Source of the DNA: Eledone cirrhosa
Taxonomy: Eukaryota
Direction: 5' to 3'
NCBI GenBank assembly: GCA_964016885.1
Contig: OZ024742.1
Location: 316,944,001-317,008,000, forward strand
Length of the DNA: 64,000 bases
Each line of letters starts with the position of its first letter. Positions within the stretch are counted from its first letter, which is position 1. Both the position numbers and the translations under genes were made by a program. Shown in pieces: positions 42,261 to 56,368 of the stretch. Under the pieces are notes generated by a model, which was given only the letters and a program-made list of their open reading frames with translations, ran no database searches and was not told the origin of the DNA.

Positions 42261-42459
42261 AAATTTGAGGGACTTCTGTCCATCCGTCTGTCACGCAGTG
42301 TGTTTGTTAGTGGGAATGTATGTGTGTGTAAAAGGAAGGAAGGGGATACACACATTTACATGTCTCAAACTTAAAAGCGGTGACACCCACATGTCTCTAA
42401 TTTAAGAGCACTAATAAACTCATCCGCGCGCACATACACACACTGTCCTGTTACTACTT

Positions 42460-42686
42460 AAGAGCTTTGGCCCGGACAAACGTCCCCTCAATTTTAGAAC
42501 CATCTGGGTTGTCCAGAATTGATGGGAATCGACCTGACGGTCTTACCCTGTGCCCCTGGTCAAGAGACAGGTGCCTTATTAGGGACGTCACAGTTAGCGA
42601 CTCTTTGCTTCTTCGCACATCCTGGATGTAGCGGTAAGGGCGAGGGCTACTGCATCCGCAGCCGAACGGAATAAAATCCTAAAATC
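42460..42686 (+). pseudogene. CRE-clade restriction-like endonuclease fragment
   Basis: RALARTNVPSILEPSGLSRIDGNRPDGLTLCPWSRDRCLIRDVTVSD...AAERNK. Confidence 0.75.
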
Positions 42687-42727
42687 GAATATGTGTGTGT
42701 ATGTGTTTGTGTGTGTATGTGTGCGTG

Positions 42728-42761
<34 letters not shown>

Positions 42762-43310
42762 TTCCATAACGGCCAGAGAGAGAAGGATGTGTGAGAGGGA
42801 GATAGAAAGAGAGGAGTGAGAGAGAGTAAAATAAAGAAAGAGAGGAGTGTGTGTGACGCGAATATGATAAATACAGCGTTTATAATTTTAACTTATTTAT
42901 TACACTTCTTAAACTCTCCCCCTTCTACAACGTCACGTCTTGGGATTGTGTGCGTATGTGTGTGTGTGTATGTGTGTGTGTTTGTGTGTATGTGTGTATA
43001 TGTTTGTGTGTGTATGTGTTTGTGTGTGTGTGTACATGATGGATGTTTTAAAATACACATTGTTCAACCGACACGGCTAACGATACATTTCTCTATGTTC
43101 ACATTTTAATGACACATATCTGTAAATAAAACTTGCTCTTTTTGAATACCGTCTCATTTTTTTTTATTGAAAGAGTTGATCAGGTAAAATTATCCTCCAA
43201 GTTAAACATACAACACGGAAATCGACCATTAACATTGCAGCCCTACCAAGAACTGACACCGTCCAATGGACGGGGGTCATTTGCTAGTATATATATATAT
43301 ATATATATAT

Positions 43311-44100
43311 ACAAATAAAATACAGAGTAACTAACTCATATTGATACCCTGTAATTAACAAGCTCAAAGTATAAATACTGAATATTATATAATAATATAT
43401 GTAGAAATAAACACAGTAAATTGTGTGTCTAAAATTACGAGGATAGAAGTACCTCATTGGGTTAATAAATTTAACCTGAAGCAAACGGAAGATATAGAAT
43501 ATATATACAGACCGTCTCAATAACTATTTCATCTCTCGGACAGATTAGAGATTTAATCTGTTTCGCCCTGAAAATTGTGTTTGTAACAGATAATTCCTAG
43601 GCTATCCTCAGCGAGAGACAAAATTAAATGGAACAAGCACATACAACTAAAAGCCACACGAATGAATATCTCACCTAGAGGCGCTAGACGTTAGTAGTGG
43701 TGTGAGTGGATATGCTAAAAACAATACCCTTAATACACTCATTTTATAAGCTCACCTAGTTAGGGAGCCGAAATACAAATAAAATACAGTTAGTAAACTC
43801 ATATTGATACCCTGTAATTGACAAGCTCAAAGTATAAATACTGAACATTTTATAAAATAAAGTACCAGTAATGCACTGGGTATTTTGCTGGCCTTGTGCC
43901 TAACGTAGAAACAATTATATAATAATAGATGTAGAAATAAACACAGTAAATTGTGTGTCTAAAATTACGAGGGTAGAAGTACCAGAGACGCTCTGTATAT
44001 ATATTCTATCTTTCGTTTGCTTCAGGTTAAATTTATCAAACCAATGAGGTACTTCTACCCTCGTAATTTTAGACACACAATTTACTGTGTTTATCTGTAT
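43311..44100 (-). mobile_element. Tandem (~460-bp period) plus inverted pLTR-like element
   Basis: 43311-43453 repeated at 43773-43983 (with a SINE fragment inserted); 43995-44100 is the inverse of ~43400-43510. Confidence 0.6.
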
Positions 44101-44377
44101 ATCTCTCTTTCTTTCTCGCTCTGTCTATATATATATATATGGTAGTTGAAACGGTAGTTGTGGCGATATACCGGAAGTGTTGAAATTTGAAACTTTTAAA
44201 AGAAGTGAATCTTGAAATAAGCAATAACATTATTCACGTTTAATCAATAATTACGAAATTTAGTACATAAAGTATGTAATATTCATTATTTATTCAAAGT
44301 AATCCAATTTATTTTACTAACTGGATAAAAAAATATAAACAGGACACAATCCCGCACTCCTCCTTTTATTATATATA

Positions 44378-44429
<52 letters not shown>

Positions 44430-44433
<4 letters not shown>

Positions 44434-46125
44434 GAGATCTCCCTTCTTTGGAACTGGGACGATGTTATTGATCCTCCACTGATTCGGAGCAACTCCTTTC
44501 TCCAGTACCTGGTGACAGAACCCCAGGATATCATCAAAATCACACCTCTTCATCACCTCTGATGCCACTCCATCTTCTCCATGAGCCTTGCCCTCCTTGA
44601 TCTATCTTCTTCTTGGCTCTCTGAAGCTTCTCTCTGGTGAAGGGCTCTGTCTCAATATCCAGTCCTTCAAACAGCCGCCTGATCTCCCCAGTGCTCTGGG
44701 CTGTGGAGGGTGGCTCTCCTAGTAGGGTCCTAAAATGGTCTAGCCATTTCCTCTTCTTATCCTCGGGCCCTGTTCCTTGGATCTGATTCGAACACCTTCT
44801 CTTCCTCCCTGTACCAAAGAAGGTAGATCTCTCTAACACCAACAACTACAGGCGGATCTCACTCACGTCACTTGTGGCAAAGACTCCCAACAGGATGATT
44901 CTTAACAGGATCGAGCCTGAGATGGAGAAGAAGCTCAGGGACAACCAGAACGGCTTCAGAGAGGGAAGATCAACCACCAGTCACATCCTGATGCTGAGGA
45001 GGGTATTAGAGGGAGCTAGAGCAAAGTACCTTCCTGCGGTCATGGTTTTCTTTGACTTTAGGAAGGCCTTTGATTCTGTGGACCGTCACTGCCTGATGAA
45101 GATCTTCCAGGCCAATGGAATCCCCAAGAAGATAGTGGACCTGATATCACTGCTCTACACCAACACCAAAGCCCAAGTCATTACACCTGATGGGATGACA
45201 GAGTTCTTTGAGATACTAACTGGAGTGCTCCAGGGAGATACATTGGCTACCTACCTTTTTATCATCGTAGTGGACTATTGTATGTGACTTGCACTGGGGA
45301 AACACCAGGACTCTGGCTTTACTGTAGCACCGGCTCAGAGCAGGAGAGTTAAGGCGAAAAAGATATCAGATGCTGAATTTGCCGACGACATAGTTTTGAT
45401 GACAAATACAGTGAAGGAGGCAGATGATTTGATGCAGGAGGTTGAAACTGTGTAGATGAGTGTGGGGTTGAGAATGAATGAGACTAAAACAAAATATTTG
45501 GTAGACAATGTTGAGAAGCCAGAGGGGATCACTAATGTAGGCGGCAAGCCGCTAGAATTGGTTGAGGACGTCCTGTATTTGGGAGCTAAGATTGGGAATA
45601 CGGATGATCATGTGGTTGAGAGGAAGAGCAAAGCCAGGGCGGCGTGCCACAGCTTGAGATTAGTGTGGGAGTCGGACCTTCGTAAAGACCTGAAAATCCG
45701 CCTCTTCATTGCTGTAGTGGAGTCTGTGCTGCTGTATGGGTCTGAGACTTGGACAATGACTAAGAAACTCACTAGGATGGTGGATGGGTGCTACACGAGA
45801 ATGCTGAGGATGGCTCTGAACATTAATCAGTATACACTGAGGATGATAAACTCAGAGCTGTATGGGAGCCTCCCAAAAGTCAGCTCAAAACTGACACAGA
45901 GGAGACTGAGGTTAGCTGGACATGCTAACCGACATCCAGAGTTGAGATTGCACGCAGTGCTCCTGTAGGAGCCCCTACATGGACACACTGGAAGGTTAAC
46001 GTATGTTGATGCCCTAAGGACAGACACTGGTCTGTTGGAGGCGCAGGACATGGCAGCGATAATGAGGGACAGAGACCGCCGGAGAGAACTCGTCCATGGA
46101 TCTCGGGAATTTTACCCGCCCTAGA
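44430..46125 (+). mobile_element. RTE/RTEX-type LINE, 5'-truncated with a 5' inversion
   Basis: Plus strand from ~44808: PVPKK.DLS..NYR.ISL, QNGFR.GRST, FDFRKAFDSV, GVLQGDTL, EFADD, LLYGSETW, RLRLAGH; 44430-44805 is the immediately upstream coding segment in minus orientation; in-frame stops. Confidence 0.9.
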
Positions 46126-46485
46126 ATATATATATTAGTCTACGACTTCAGTTATACCATAAACGTGGTTTTGTCTTTGCGTGTAATTATTCTCATCGTT
46201 CAATGACGTATTATCTTCGTTTTTTCCAGAGAACGTTTCCACGAACCAAAGTATCGTCTTCCTGTCTTCCTCCGGTTGCAACGTTTTCGAAATATTTACT
46301 TCTGTGTTCACAGATTGATTTTGTTTAGTTTCAGAAGATCCCGTTAAGGGTGAAAGTAGCGATTTTTTGCTTAAACTTTAATCTGTTATTTTAATAAATA
46401 TTTGCTCTACGGTTCTTATATATTTGATATATATTAATCCTTATCGAGCCCTCTTTGGATTTTAGTCTTCAAATTTTATTATTAT

Positions 46486-46553
<68 letters not shown>

Positions 46554-46614
46554 ATATATATATATATAAAAATGGCAGTATATGTGAGTACATCTAAATA
46601 TATTGTATTATCTC

Positions 46615-46680
<66 letters not shown>

Positions 46681-46689
46681 TCTCTCTCC

Positions 46690-46722
<33 letters not shown>

Positions 46723-46748
46723 TTTCTCTTTATATATATATATATATA

Positions 46749-47007
46749 TCGCTGCCATGTCCTGCGTCTCCAACAGACCAGTGTCTGTCCTTAGGGCATC
46801 AACATACGTTAACCTTGGTCTTCCTCTTCTAGTGTGTCCTTGTAGGGGCTCCCAAAGGAGCACTGAGTGCAATGTCAACTCTGGATGTCGGTGAACATGT
46901 CCAGCTAACCTCAGTCTCCTCTGTGTCACTTTTGATCTGCGATAATGAGGGACAGAGACTGCTGGAGAGAACTCGTCCATGGATCTAGGGAATTTTACAC
47001 GCCTTAG

Positions 47008-47010
<3 letters not shown>
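46749..47010 (+). mobile_element. Short copy of the same RTE-type family with a 5' inversion
   Basis: 46749-46936 minus (KVTQRRLRLAGH...QDMAA), 46939-47008 plus (terminal ~70 bp); (TA)n flanks. Confidence 0.85.
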
Positions 47011-47048
<38 letters not shown>

Positions 47049-47219
47049 TAAAAGAAAAAGAAAATGCTGAACAATTGTTCCCAGTGAAAAATAGTTTAAT
47101 TAGGAATAAGTAAAAATTAGTAATAAGTATTGGTTAGTATTCAGTTTTTTACCGGTTGCGCATTTCTAATGCTTTTCAAAAATAATTTTGAGATAGAGCG
47201 CCCGTGATGTTTGCTCTAA

Positions 47220-47337
<118 letters not shown>

Positions 47338-47346
47338 CATATATAT

Positions 47347-47443
<97 letters not shown>

Positions 47444-47832
47444 GAGAGAGAGAGAGTGAGAGAGACAGAGAGACAGAGAGAGAGATAAATACAATATATT
47501 TAGATGTACTCACATATAATGCCATTTTCATATCTCCAGCTGTTCTGATTTCAAAAGTTGAAATCATCATAGCCAAATCGATTTTATGATCGATGGAAAC
47601 CGGAGTAAATATGAACATACAGTAGAAACAGAAGTAAAGTCATATACACTAAAGTGAACTATTCAAGGTAGAAGTACTTGATGTCTCAAGAAACGTGAAA
47701 GTATTTAATGGACGATATGTAAAAGTGTTTCTGCTACTACCAACACAATAAACTTGTCTGCAATTCCTCGTAACACAGCAAAAATTTGAAAGATATTAAA
47801 TTTTACAAGTAGAGAACATTTGTGTAAGTTTA

Positions 47833-47935
<103 letters not shown>

Positions 47936-48072
47936 ACGCATATATGCAAACACATTTATCCATATGAGCACGAACGTTTATATATCCATATTTGTCTGCA
48001 CGTGTCTGTGCGCAGATATTTATATATAGATACATACATACACACTCAAACACACACATATATGTATATATA

Positions 48073-48172
48073 CAGGGTGTCCCCCGAAAATGTCTAAACA
48101 CCTCAACAGCACACTAATAAATATTGCCTGCACAGATACTCAAAGTGTGTATACATTTTTGGAGACACCCTT
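48073..48172. mobile_element. Tc1/mariner-type MITE
   Basis: TA|CAGGGTGTCCCCGAAAATGT ... ACATTTTTGGAGACACCCT. Confidence 0.65.
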
Positions 48173-48257
48173 TTTATATATATATATTATATGCCTATAC
48201 ATGTACACATGTATGTATGTATATCTACCTATCTCTCTCTATACATTATATATATAT

Positions 48258-48385
48258 ATCAAAGAGGGTGTTGTAAGATACTAGGTCGACCATAATGCAC
48301 CAGAGTACTCAATACTTTGGTAAGTCCGTACTGGATCTAGCTGTCGAAACGACCGGAGCTCAGCCCTCGGGGTCCTGACTTTTTA
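48258..48385 (-). mobile_element. Family A element, inverted without arm overlap
   Basis: GACCATAATGCACCAGAGTACTCAATA (minus sense) followed by GATCTAGCTGTCGAAACGACCGGAGCTCAGCC (plus sense). Confidence 0.7.
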
Positions 48386-48689
48386 TATATATATATATAT
48401 ATATGTGTGTTTGTGTGTGTGTATGTATGTGTGTGTGTGAAGATGCAGTTTTTTGTGGTCAGTGCGTTGGATTTACAATCGTGTAGCTGTGAGTTCGATT
48501 CCCAGAAAGTGTGATGTGCCGCTTCCTTGAGTAACACTCTCTATTTCACGTTCTTCCAGTTTACTCAGCTTTAGAAATACATCGGTGACTGCTGGTCTTC
48601 CACAAAACATCTTATCCGGGCTTGCATACAACTTTCGTCTGTATATAAATCCCAACACTAATATATCAGTAAATATTTACTTTTTTGGT

Positions 48690-49450
48690 TAAAACTTGGC
48701 AGCTAAAGATAAGGTGGTCAATTCATACTTCCCAATCACGAAATAGTTTACAGTTACTTGCTGTCTTTTGCTTTATTATATATTTTTTGGTGAATGCTGG
48801 TGGTGAGGTTTTGATAGTAGGCTGTAATTAGAAATCCCTCAGTTTCGGATTTTGCTCCAGTGCTTATTAGCCTGTTTTGTACATTGCACTTGTCCATTTC
48901 CTCCCTATTTAATTTTTTCGGGTATTGGTTGTGTAGGGGATTTTTCTGCCATTGTTTTATCACAGCATTCTGGAGATCTGCTTTCAATTTGGATTTTACT
49001 TTTTTCGCTCTTTGTGTTGCGGTTTCTTTGTTTTCATTTTACTCATATTTATCTGACAATCCTGTTTCTGTATTCAATTTGTTGGTGTCCGTGAAGATGG
49101 AAAACAATGTTTCATGGCTATTTGTATTAATTCTCCATTATTCTTCATTAAATATGTTTGTAATGCTAGGGAGAGATTATTTGACAATAGTTTTCTAGAT
49201 GCATTAGACAACTTCCCCTGAGTTCGTGGTACGTATAATCTTTCTACATCTGATTTTGTTTAGAGGGAGGACTAAATGGAGTCCTTAAGTACGTTTTGTG
49301 TCCAGTTCGAAATGTTAGAACAGTAGCATACTAAGATCGCTACAGTATTTTACTTGAAACTTTGTATTTGGTTCTATCTTCAGTAGTACTCTAATCTGTC
49401 TATAGTATTCCATTCTAATATTTTCTTTCATCAGTGATTTTTGAAAGCCG
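48690..49450 (-). pseudogene. Old degenerate R4/Dong-type retrotransposon remnant
   Basis: W.KNPLHNQY...KSETEGFLITAYYQNLTT...C....IDHLIFSC; upstream EYYRQIRVLLK. Confidence 0.65.
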
Positions 49451-49981
49451 CCAAGTAGGTATTCATGTAGGTATTGTTTCAGAGTAGAATTCAGATAAAA
49501 AGCAGCAGCACCCGTCTCTTGAAATTGAAAGTTAACTGGTAGGAAAAACATATCCGCTCTGTATTATATCATTCTATTACAGAAACTAAGCCACGTGCAA
49601 ACCAGTTGGATGCAGTTTAATGCAGGAAGCGTAGTGGAAGTAAATATTGCAAGCACATTACACACAACTAACCACAGTCTCCTTGAGTGACTGATATTAA
49701 CTCTTACACAAACTCAAAACATACGCGTAAAGATAAATTTCCCTCAAATCACAATATTCTATTAAGAAGGTCATATTATACAGCATAGACCTATATATAT
49801 GAAACGACAATGCATAGCGTTATAAATAAACAAAACTCTCCGGGAGGTAACTCCTTCTATTGGTGTTAATGATTATAGGTTATGTGGAGAATAAACATTT
49901 TAAATTAACATACTGAAAAATAAACCTATACACGACAGACAAAACTTAGTTCTACATGCACCTCACATTCACAACACACAC

Positions 49982-50067
<86 letters not shown>

Positions 50068-50134
50068 TAAAATAATTTTTTTTCTTCAATTTTTTTTATT
50101 ATTATTACTATATATATATATATATATATATATA

Positions 50135-51035
<901 letters not shown>

Positions 51036-52608
51036 TGTGCGTGCGTGCGTGTGTGCGTGTGTGTGTGTGTGTAACATAGAAAAATACAATTAAAATTAAA
51101 ATATAAAGAAGTACAGAAAGCAAATCAACAATTGCACAGTTGGTTGCTACGCAATGAAAGATCTCAGTCAAAAGAAAATTAGAGAAATAATCGAGATTTC
51201 TTATATTGTCATGCGGCCGAAATCTTTCTCACAATGCTAAAGCCAACTACAACTATATTCCTATATGAATTACTGAATTATAGAAACAAAAATATTGATT
51301 TTTAACTCTAGTACACGGCCACACATAAAGGAAAATTATAGTCTTGAATTTTATTTTATTTTATTTCCATTTCCATCGAGTATGCATTGTAAGAATATGA
51401 CTCAAACCTCAGTATTTTACTTTGTGTGGATTTAGGGAAGAAATCAGATATCTACCCCAATTGTCATGCATTTGGATCGAATCGGGGAATCCGAATTGTG
51501 AACCAAATAATCTTAATATCTCAGCTCTTCCAACGTCTGTTATATCATTACATCATACGTTCTTTCCGTACGTTCTATAACTGAACTGACTTATAGTTAG
51601 TCCCTGGCGAAATAAATGTAAAATGTCTTCTCCGAGAAGTTTTGAACACAGAACATAACTAAGCACTGCTAGGTATTTCGTCTCCAGCGCTTTATATTAT
51701 GAAACAACATGAACCAACATGATAGAAAGAAGACGAAGCGGAAGACGAAGATGGCGTTGGCGATGAATATTTATGTTGATGATGTTTATGATGATGATCA
51801 ATAAAAATAGGATAATTGTAAAAGAATAAAAAGGAAGAGAAGCGAAATGTACGTGATAATAGTTTAGACAATTTGCATACTTTGGTTCATCGTTGTCTTT
51901 TTAATCCTATAAACATTTACATTATAGTAATTGTCAAAATGTAAGCTTGTCGCATAATCACTCATGTAAGAGAAATTAATCACGAACGTGAGTTAGCCCC
52001 GCAATTATTTAATCATTAGCATTATAAATCTTATATTTTCGTTTGCTGTAAACTTGAATATACATTTATAACACTAATCTACAGGGGAAAAAAAATTATT
52101 GAAATGTCAAATTTAATGTTTTAGGCGACGTTAATTTCCTGTAAAAATAACAACGACAACTATCAATCTAGTTTTAATAATAGCATTATCATTTCATTCA
52201 TTGGTTTTTATTGCATAAAATCATTGGTTTCTTCTAGAAAATCCAAATTACTAAGATGTTATGTCTGCTGCTGTACACTGCTTCTTGTCGTAACAATCTA
52301 TATTCGATTAGTCAAAATAGTATTTTTCCAAGATTGCGAAGTAATAGACTAAATTTATCTTCGTATATTAATGGTATTTATTATATTGAGACAAGACGGA
52401 TGACGGCTACGTTCGATTTCAATCTCAATTCCAAATGAAAGGAACAGAAATTCCCACGCTGAGACCTTGTCGACTCTCGCTGTGCTATATCATCTCAGAA
52501 ACTTAGGAATGCTTCTAACTATCAACCATATAAAGACCGAGAGACTTAAAGTTTTGCAAAGTATTTATTAATTAAACAACATAGAAGTTTCAAAGGTGTT
52601 CAGATCAA

Positions 52609-52660
<52 letters not shown>

Positions 52661-52934
52661 TAGATAGATATGTTTCTTTTATTTGCCACTAGGGCATCAA
52701 AAGTGGGACAAGTACAAAGGGGGGAGTTTACACAAAAAGGCGTCCTCAATAAGGAGGAGGCAATAACAAAATATAAAAATAAAATAAGATATAACAAAAA
52801 ATAAAATTTTTAACAAAATCCTCAATAGAGAGGAGGCGCCTTGGGGGGTCGCACACACCCCCGAAAAAAGTGTGCAACCCTTCTCCTCAGGAGCACAGAG
52901 AAGGGGTGCTCCCTTGGTCTTTCATCTTCCTCAC

Positions 52935-55900
52935 CTATAGTCTGATGTAGAGGGAAGGCCCATTCACACGGGCCATTCTCGCCACTTTCACCCATCTTTC
53001 ATAGAAACGGCTGGGGTGCAGCACCTCTCTCTCCATCCTGATCCTTCTTCCGAAATGATATCGGAAGAAACGGACCAGTTGTTGGCCAGAGAGAAAGGTG
53101 CCTGACCTCAGTCCTTTCAGACGCGTCCACCATACAACCTCTTTCGCCATGGCTATTACGCACAGAAACACCGCCTCTGCTTCATCTTTGAAGGGGGGAG
53201 GCGGCTTGATCATTACAATAGACTCGGTGGTCAACCGGATCGGTCCCACCCTTGACAGCAGTTGTTCGACATAGCCCCACAGATCGGCTACGCCCGAGCA
53301 GTGTACCAATGCGTGTGCAACGGTTTCCTCGTCGCACACGCATCTGGGACAGATCTTTTTGGCGGGGTCCCTACCCGGGCGCCCGTGTCTGTAGAGCCTT
53401 TCTCGAACGGGTAAAGCCCCTAGGTAGCACTGCCAGGCCAGCGACTTCTGGAAGTTGTCCATAGGTCCCGGGCTGAATGTCCTACCGAACAGGCTGGCCA
53501 GTTCGTCCTCCTCCATGTCTAGGGCTTCTCCGAGGGCGTCGTCGCACCTGCTGCGTACCAGCCCTCTATAGAATGTTGCGGTGGAGTCTCCACTGATAAC
53601 CGGATCCGCCTGCCAGAGGGCGGTGAGCGCCTGGGCACACTCAGTGTGCCAGGCGCCCAGTTTTCTCGGTCTTTGCTTGACCCAGGATTGCAGCTCGGTG
53701 AGTGAGACGAGTCTGGGAAAGGTTCGTCTCACAAACGAGGCCCACACCGGTTGTCCGGTGAGGAATACGTAGAGGTGCCGTAGCCTTAATGCGTGTTTAC
53801 GCATCATTAGCCACGGCATCCTCAGCCCTCCTTTCGAAGGGTGTTGACAGCAGATGGATCTCCTCACCATAGGAGTCCGCCTCTTCCAAAGGAATTGGAA
53901 GAGCGCGCGCTCCATCCTGGTGAGGGTTTCCCTTGGGCAGGGCACTACGGTCAGGCGGTAGTAGATGACGGACGCTATGTAGGTGTTCGCCACCTCCGCC
54001 CGACCTTTCAGGGATAGTTTGCAACTGGCCCACTTCTGGGTCAGTGCAAACACCCTGTTCGTAACCTCCGCCCAGTTTTTCTCCACCTGGAGGTCCGGTC
54101 CGAACCAGACCCCGAGCAACTTCACCGGGCCCTCCGTCCAGCGTCCGACGACGCCATCGGAGGGCATCGGTCTGCCCCTCCACGTGCCGAGTTGCAAACC
54201 GATCGACTTGTCCCGGTTCAGCTTAGCCCCTGTGAACTTTTCGTACTCCTCCAGTACGGTGCCGACCGCCTCGATTTCGGAGGCCGTCGACACCATTACT
54301 GTCACGTCATCAGCGTAGGCCGACACCGCTTTCCGCAATCCCGGTTCCAACGGGATGCCCTGCAACAACTCCAGCTTCCGCAGTAGTGGCTCGAGAGTCA
54401 ACACATACAGAAGGGAGGAGAGAGGGCACCCTTGTCGGATGGACCGCGCGATTTTGAACGGCTCCGAGAGGTAGCCGTTCACCTTAACCCTAGAGCAGAT
54501 GCGGCTGCTGTGCATAGCAGTGATCCAGCCCCTGAAAACGGGTCCGAAGCCTGCCGCCGCTAGCACCGCATCCAGGTAACCATGGTCGACCCTATCGAAC
54601 GCCTTAGATTGATCCAAGTTGATCAGAGCCCCACCAAAGCCGGGTTCGTTCCCAACCCTCTCTATGATGTATCGCATGAGGTGGAGGTTGTCATGGATGG
54701 ACCTGGACGGGATAGCGCATGTCTGCGCATCTCCCACCAGGTTGCCCACGACAAGCGCCAACCTCTTTGCTAGCACCTTGGCCAAAATCTGTAACTCTGT
54801 ATTTAGCAGAGTTATGGGCCTGAAGTTACTTATTTCGTCCCCCTTGTTCTCGTCCTTCCTCACTAGCGTGACTACGCCCTTGGTCACAGTACAGGGAATT
54901 CTCCCGTTCTGTTGCCAGTTGCAGTAGACCGCCTCGAGGAGATCGGGGAACAAGTCCGGCATAGCTAGATATAATTCGTAAGGAAGACCATCGAGACCCG
55001 GGGATTTGCGTTTGCCGCATTGGCTCAGCACGTCCTCTATCTCAGCGGCCGAAATCGGCTCCTCGCAGGACTTCGCCTCCCTGTCCGAGAGGCGCGGCAG
55101 GCCGTCGAGGTATGGACCGAAGTCCACGTTCCCAACCGGCTCCCCGCCCCTCCCGAACAGTCGGGCAAAGTGCCTTTGAAAGGCCTCACACATCTGCTTA
55201 GGCTCAAGAATCGCCCGTCCATCCAGGTCTCGCAAAGACCGGATGGTGGATTTAGTTCCACTGTTGGCCTCTGTCACGCGGGCCCAGCTAACAGCTTTGG
55301 TCCCCTCGTTCCCTAGAGCACGTATTTTACTTCGGACAACGCAGCCTTCGTGCTTCGCGTCGAAAAACTGGCTCAAAGCCGTTCTCGACGCTAGCACTCT
55401 GGCCACGTCGCCGCTTCTAATTGCCTCTTCTACTCTATCTATTAGCTCCCTTTCCTTCCTATTCCTATCCGCAGCTAGAACCTTACTAAATTCTATCGAG
55501 ACTACTCTAATCTCTCTCTTTAGAGATACCCACCACCTGCTGTTGACGATCGCTCCAGTCAACCGTTCCTTAACTAACGTACTAATCCGATTCCTGTAGG
55601 CTCTACTTGCCGGCAAGGACAAGTTGAGCTTCCAGTAACCGGGGCCCTGTCTATGAGTTCTGTCAAGGTTGACCATGCAGGTCACTAATTTGTGGTCTGA
55701 ATAGCCAACCATGCGCATTTTTGGACAACTTAAAAAGTCCTTATCCTTAATTCTAACTAAGAACCTATCTAGGTACGACCTAGATGATCCGCTACGATTT
55801 GCCCAAGTCCAGGTTGGCGCAGTCGGAAAATCTAGTCGATATCTATCGGCCAGGTCAAATCGACCGATTAACCCTTTGAGGCTATTACACCCCTCTCTAT

Positions 55901-56344
55901 CGGGGCAGGCCCCTACGTAGTCCCAGCGTGCATCTAGGATACCATTCCAGTCCCCCACTAATAGCAAGGAGCGGGACGTCCCTAGAAAAGTCTCCAGACG
56001 AAAGGGCCGTAGGCGGCTACCAACCTAAACGCTCCGCCTTTACCACTGCCAAGGTCCAGAACCACTAGTCGACCCTCCGGGTCCAAATGTACCATCTGTG
56101 TTGCGAGACCCAGATGTTTTTGCAGCAGAACGACAACTCCACCCCCACCTCCGGGCTGACAGAGAGATGCGTGCATCTCAAAGTCATCAAAGGTGGGGGC
56201 CAGCTGTCGCACGTTGCTGATCCGGGCCTCGCAAATAACCATCACATCTATACGTTGTGACCTGAGGTCATTTAGAAGCATTGCTTGCTTCCAAGTTGAG
56301 CCCAGGCCACGCGCATTTAAACAGCCTACTCTTAGCATAGCCAT
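52935..56344 (-). CDS. LINE ORF2 (AP endonuclease, reverse transcriptase, CCHC), frameshifted near 56002
   Basis: MAMLRVGCLNARGL..ICE..DPEGRLV..YGP / LLVGDWN..SYLDRFL..SDHK; SPGLDGLPYE, FRPITLLN, DQSKAFDRVDH, QGCPLS, YADD, LLGVWF; CPRC-x8-H-x4-C. Confidence 0.93.
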
Positions 56345-56368
56345 GTTGGTGGTGAAGAGAAAAGGCAC

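Larger units (their letters stand above)
41525..44375 (-). mobile_element. Second copy of the Helitron-like composite, with nested insertions
   Basis: 44100-44375 is the inverse of 15990-16450 (without the SINE); 41525-41640 is the inverse of 17482-17591. Confidence 0.6.
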
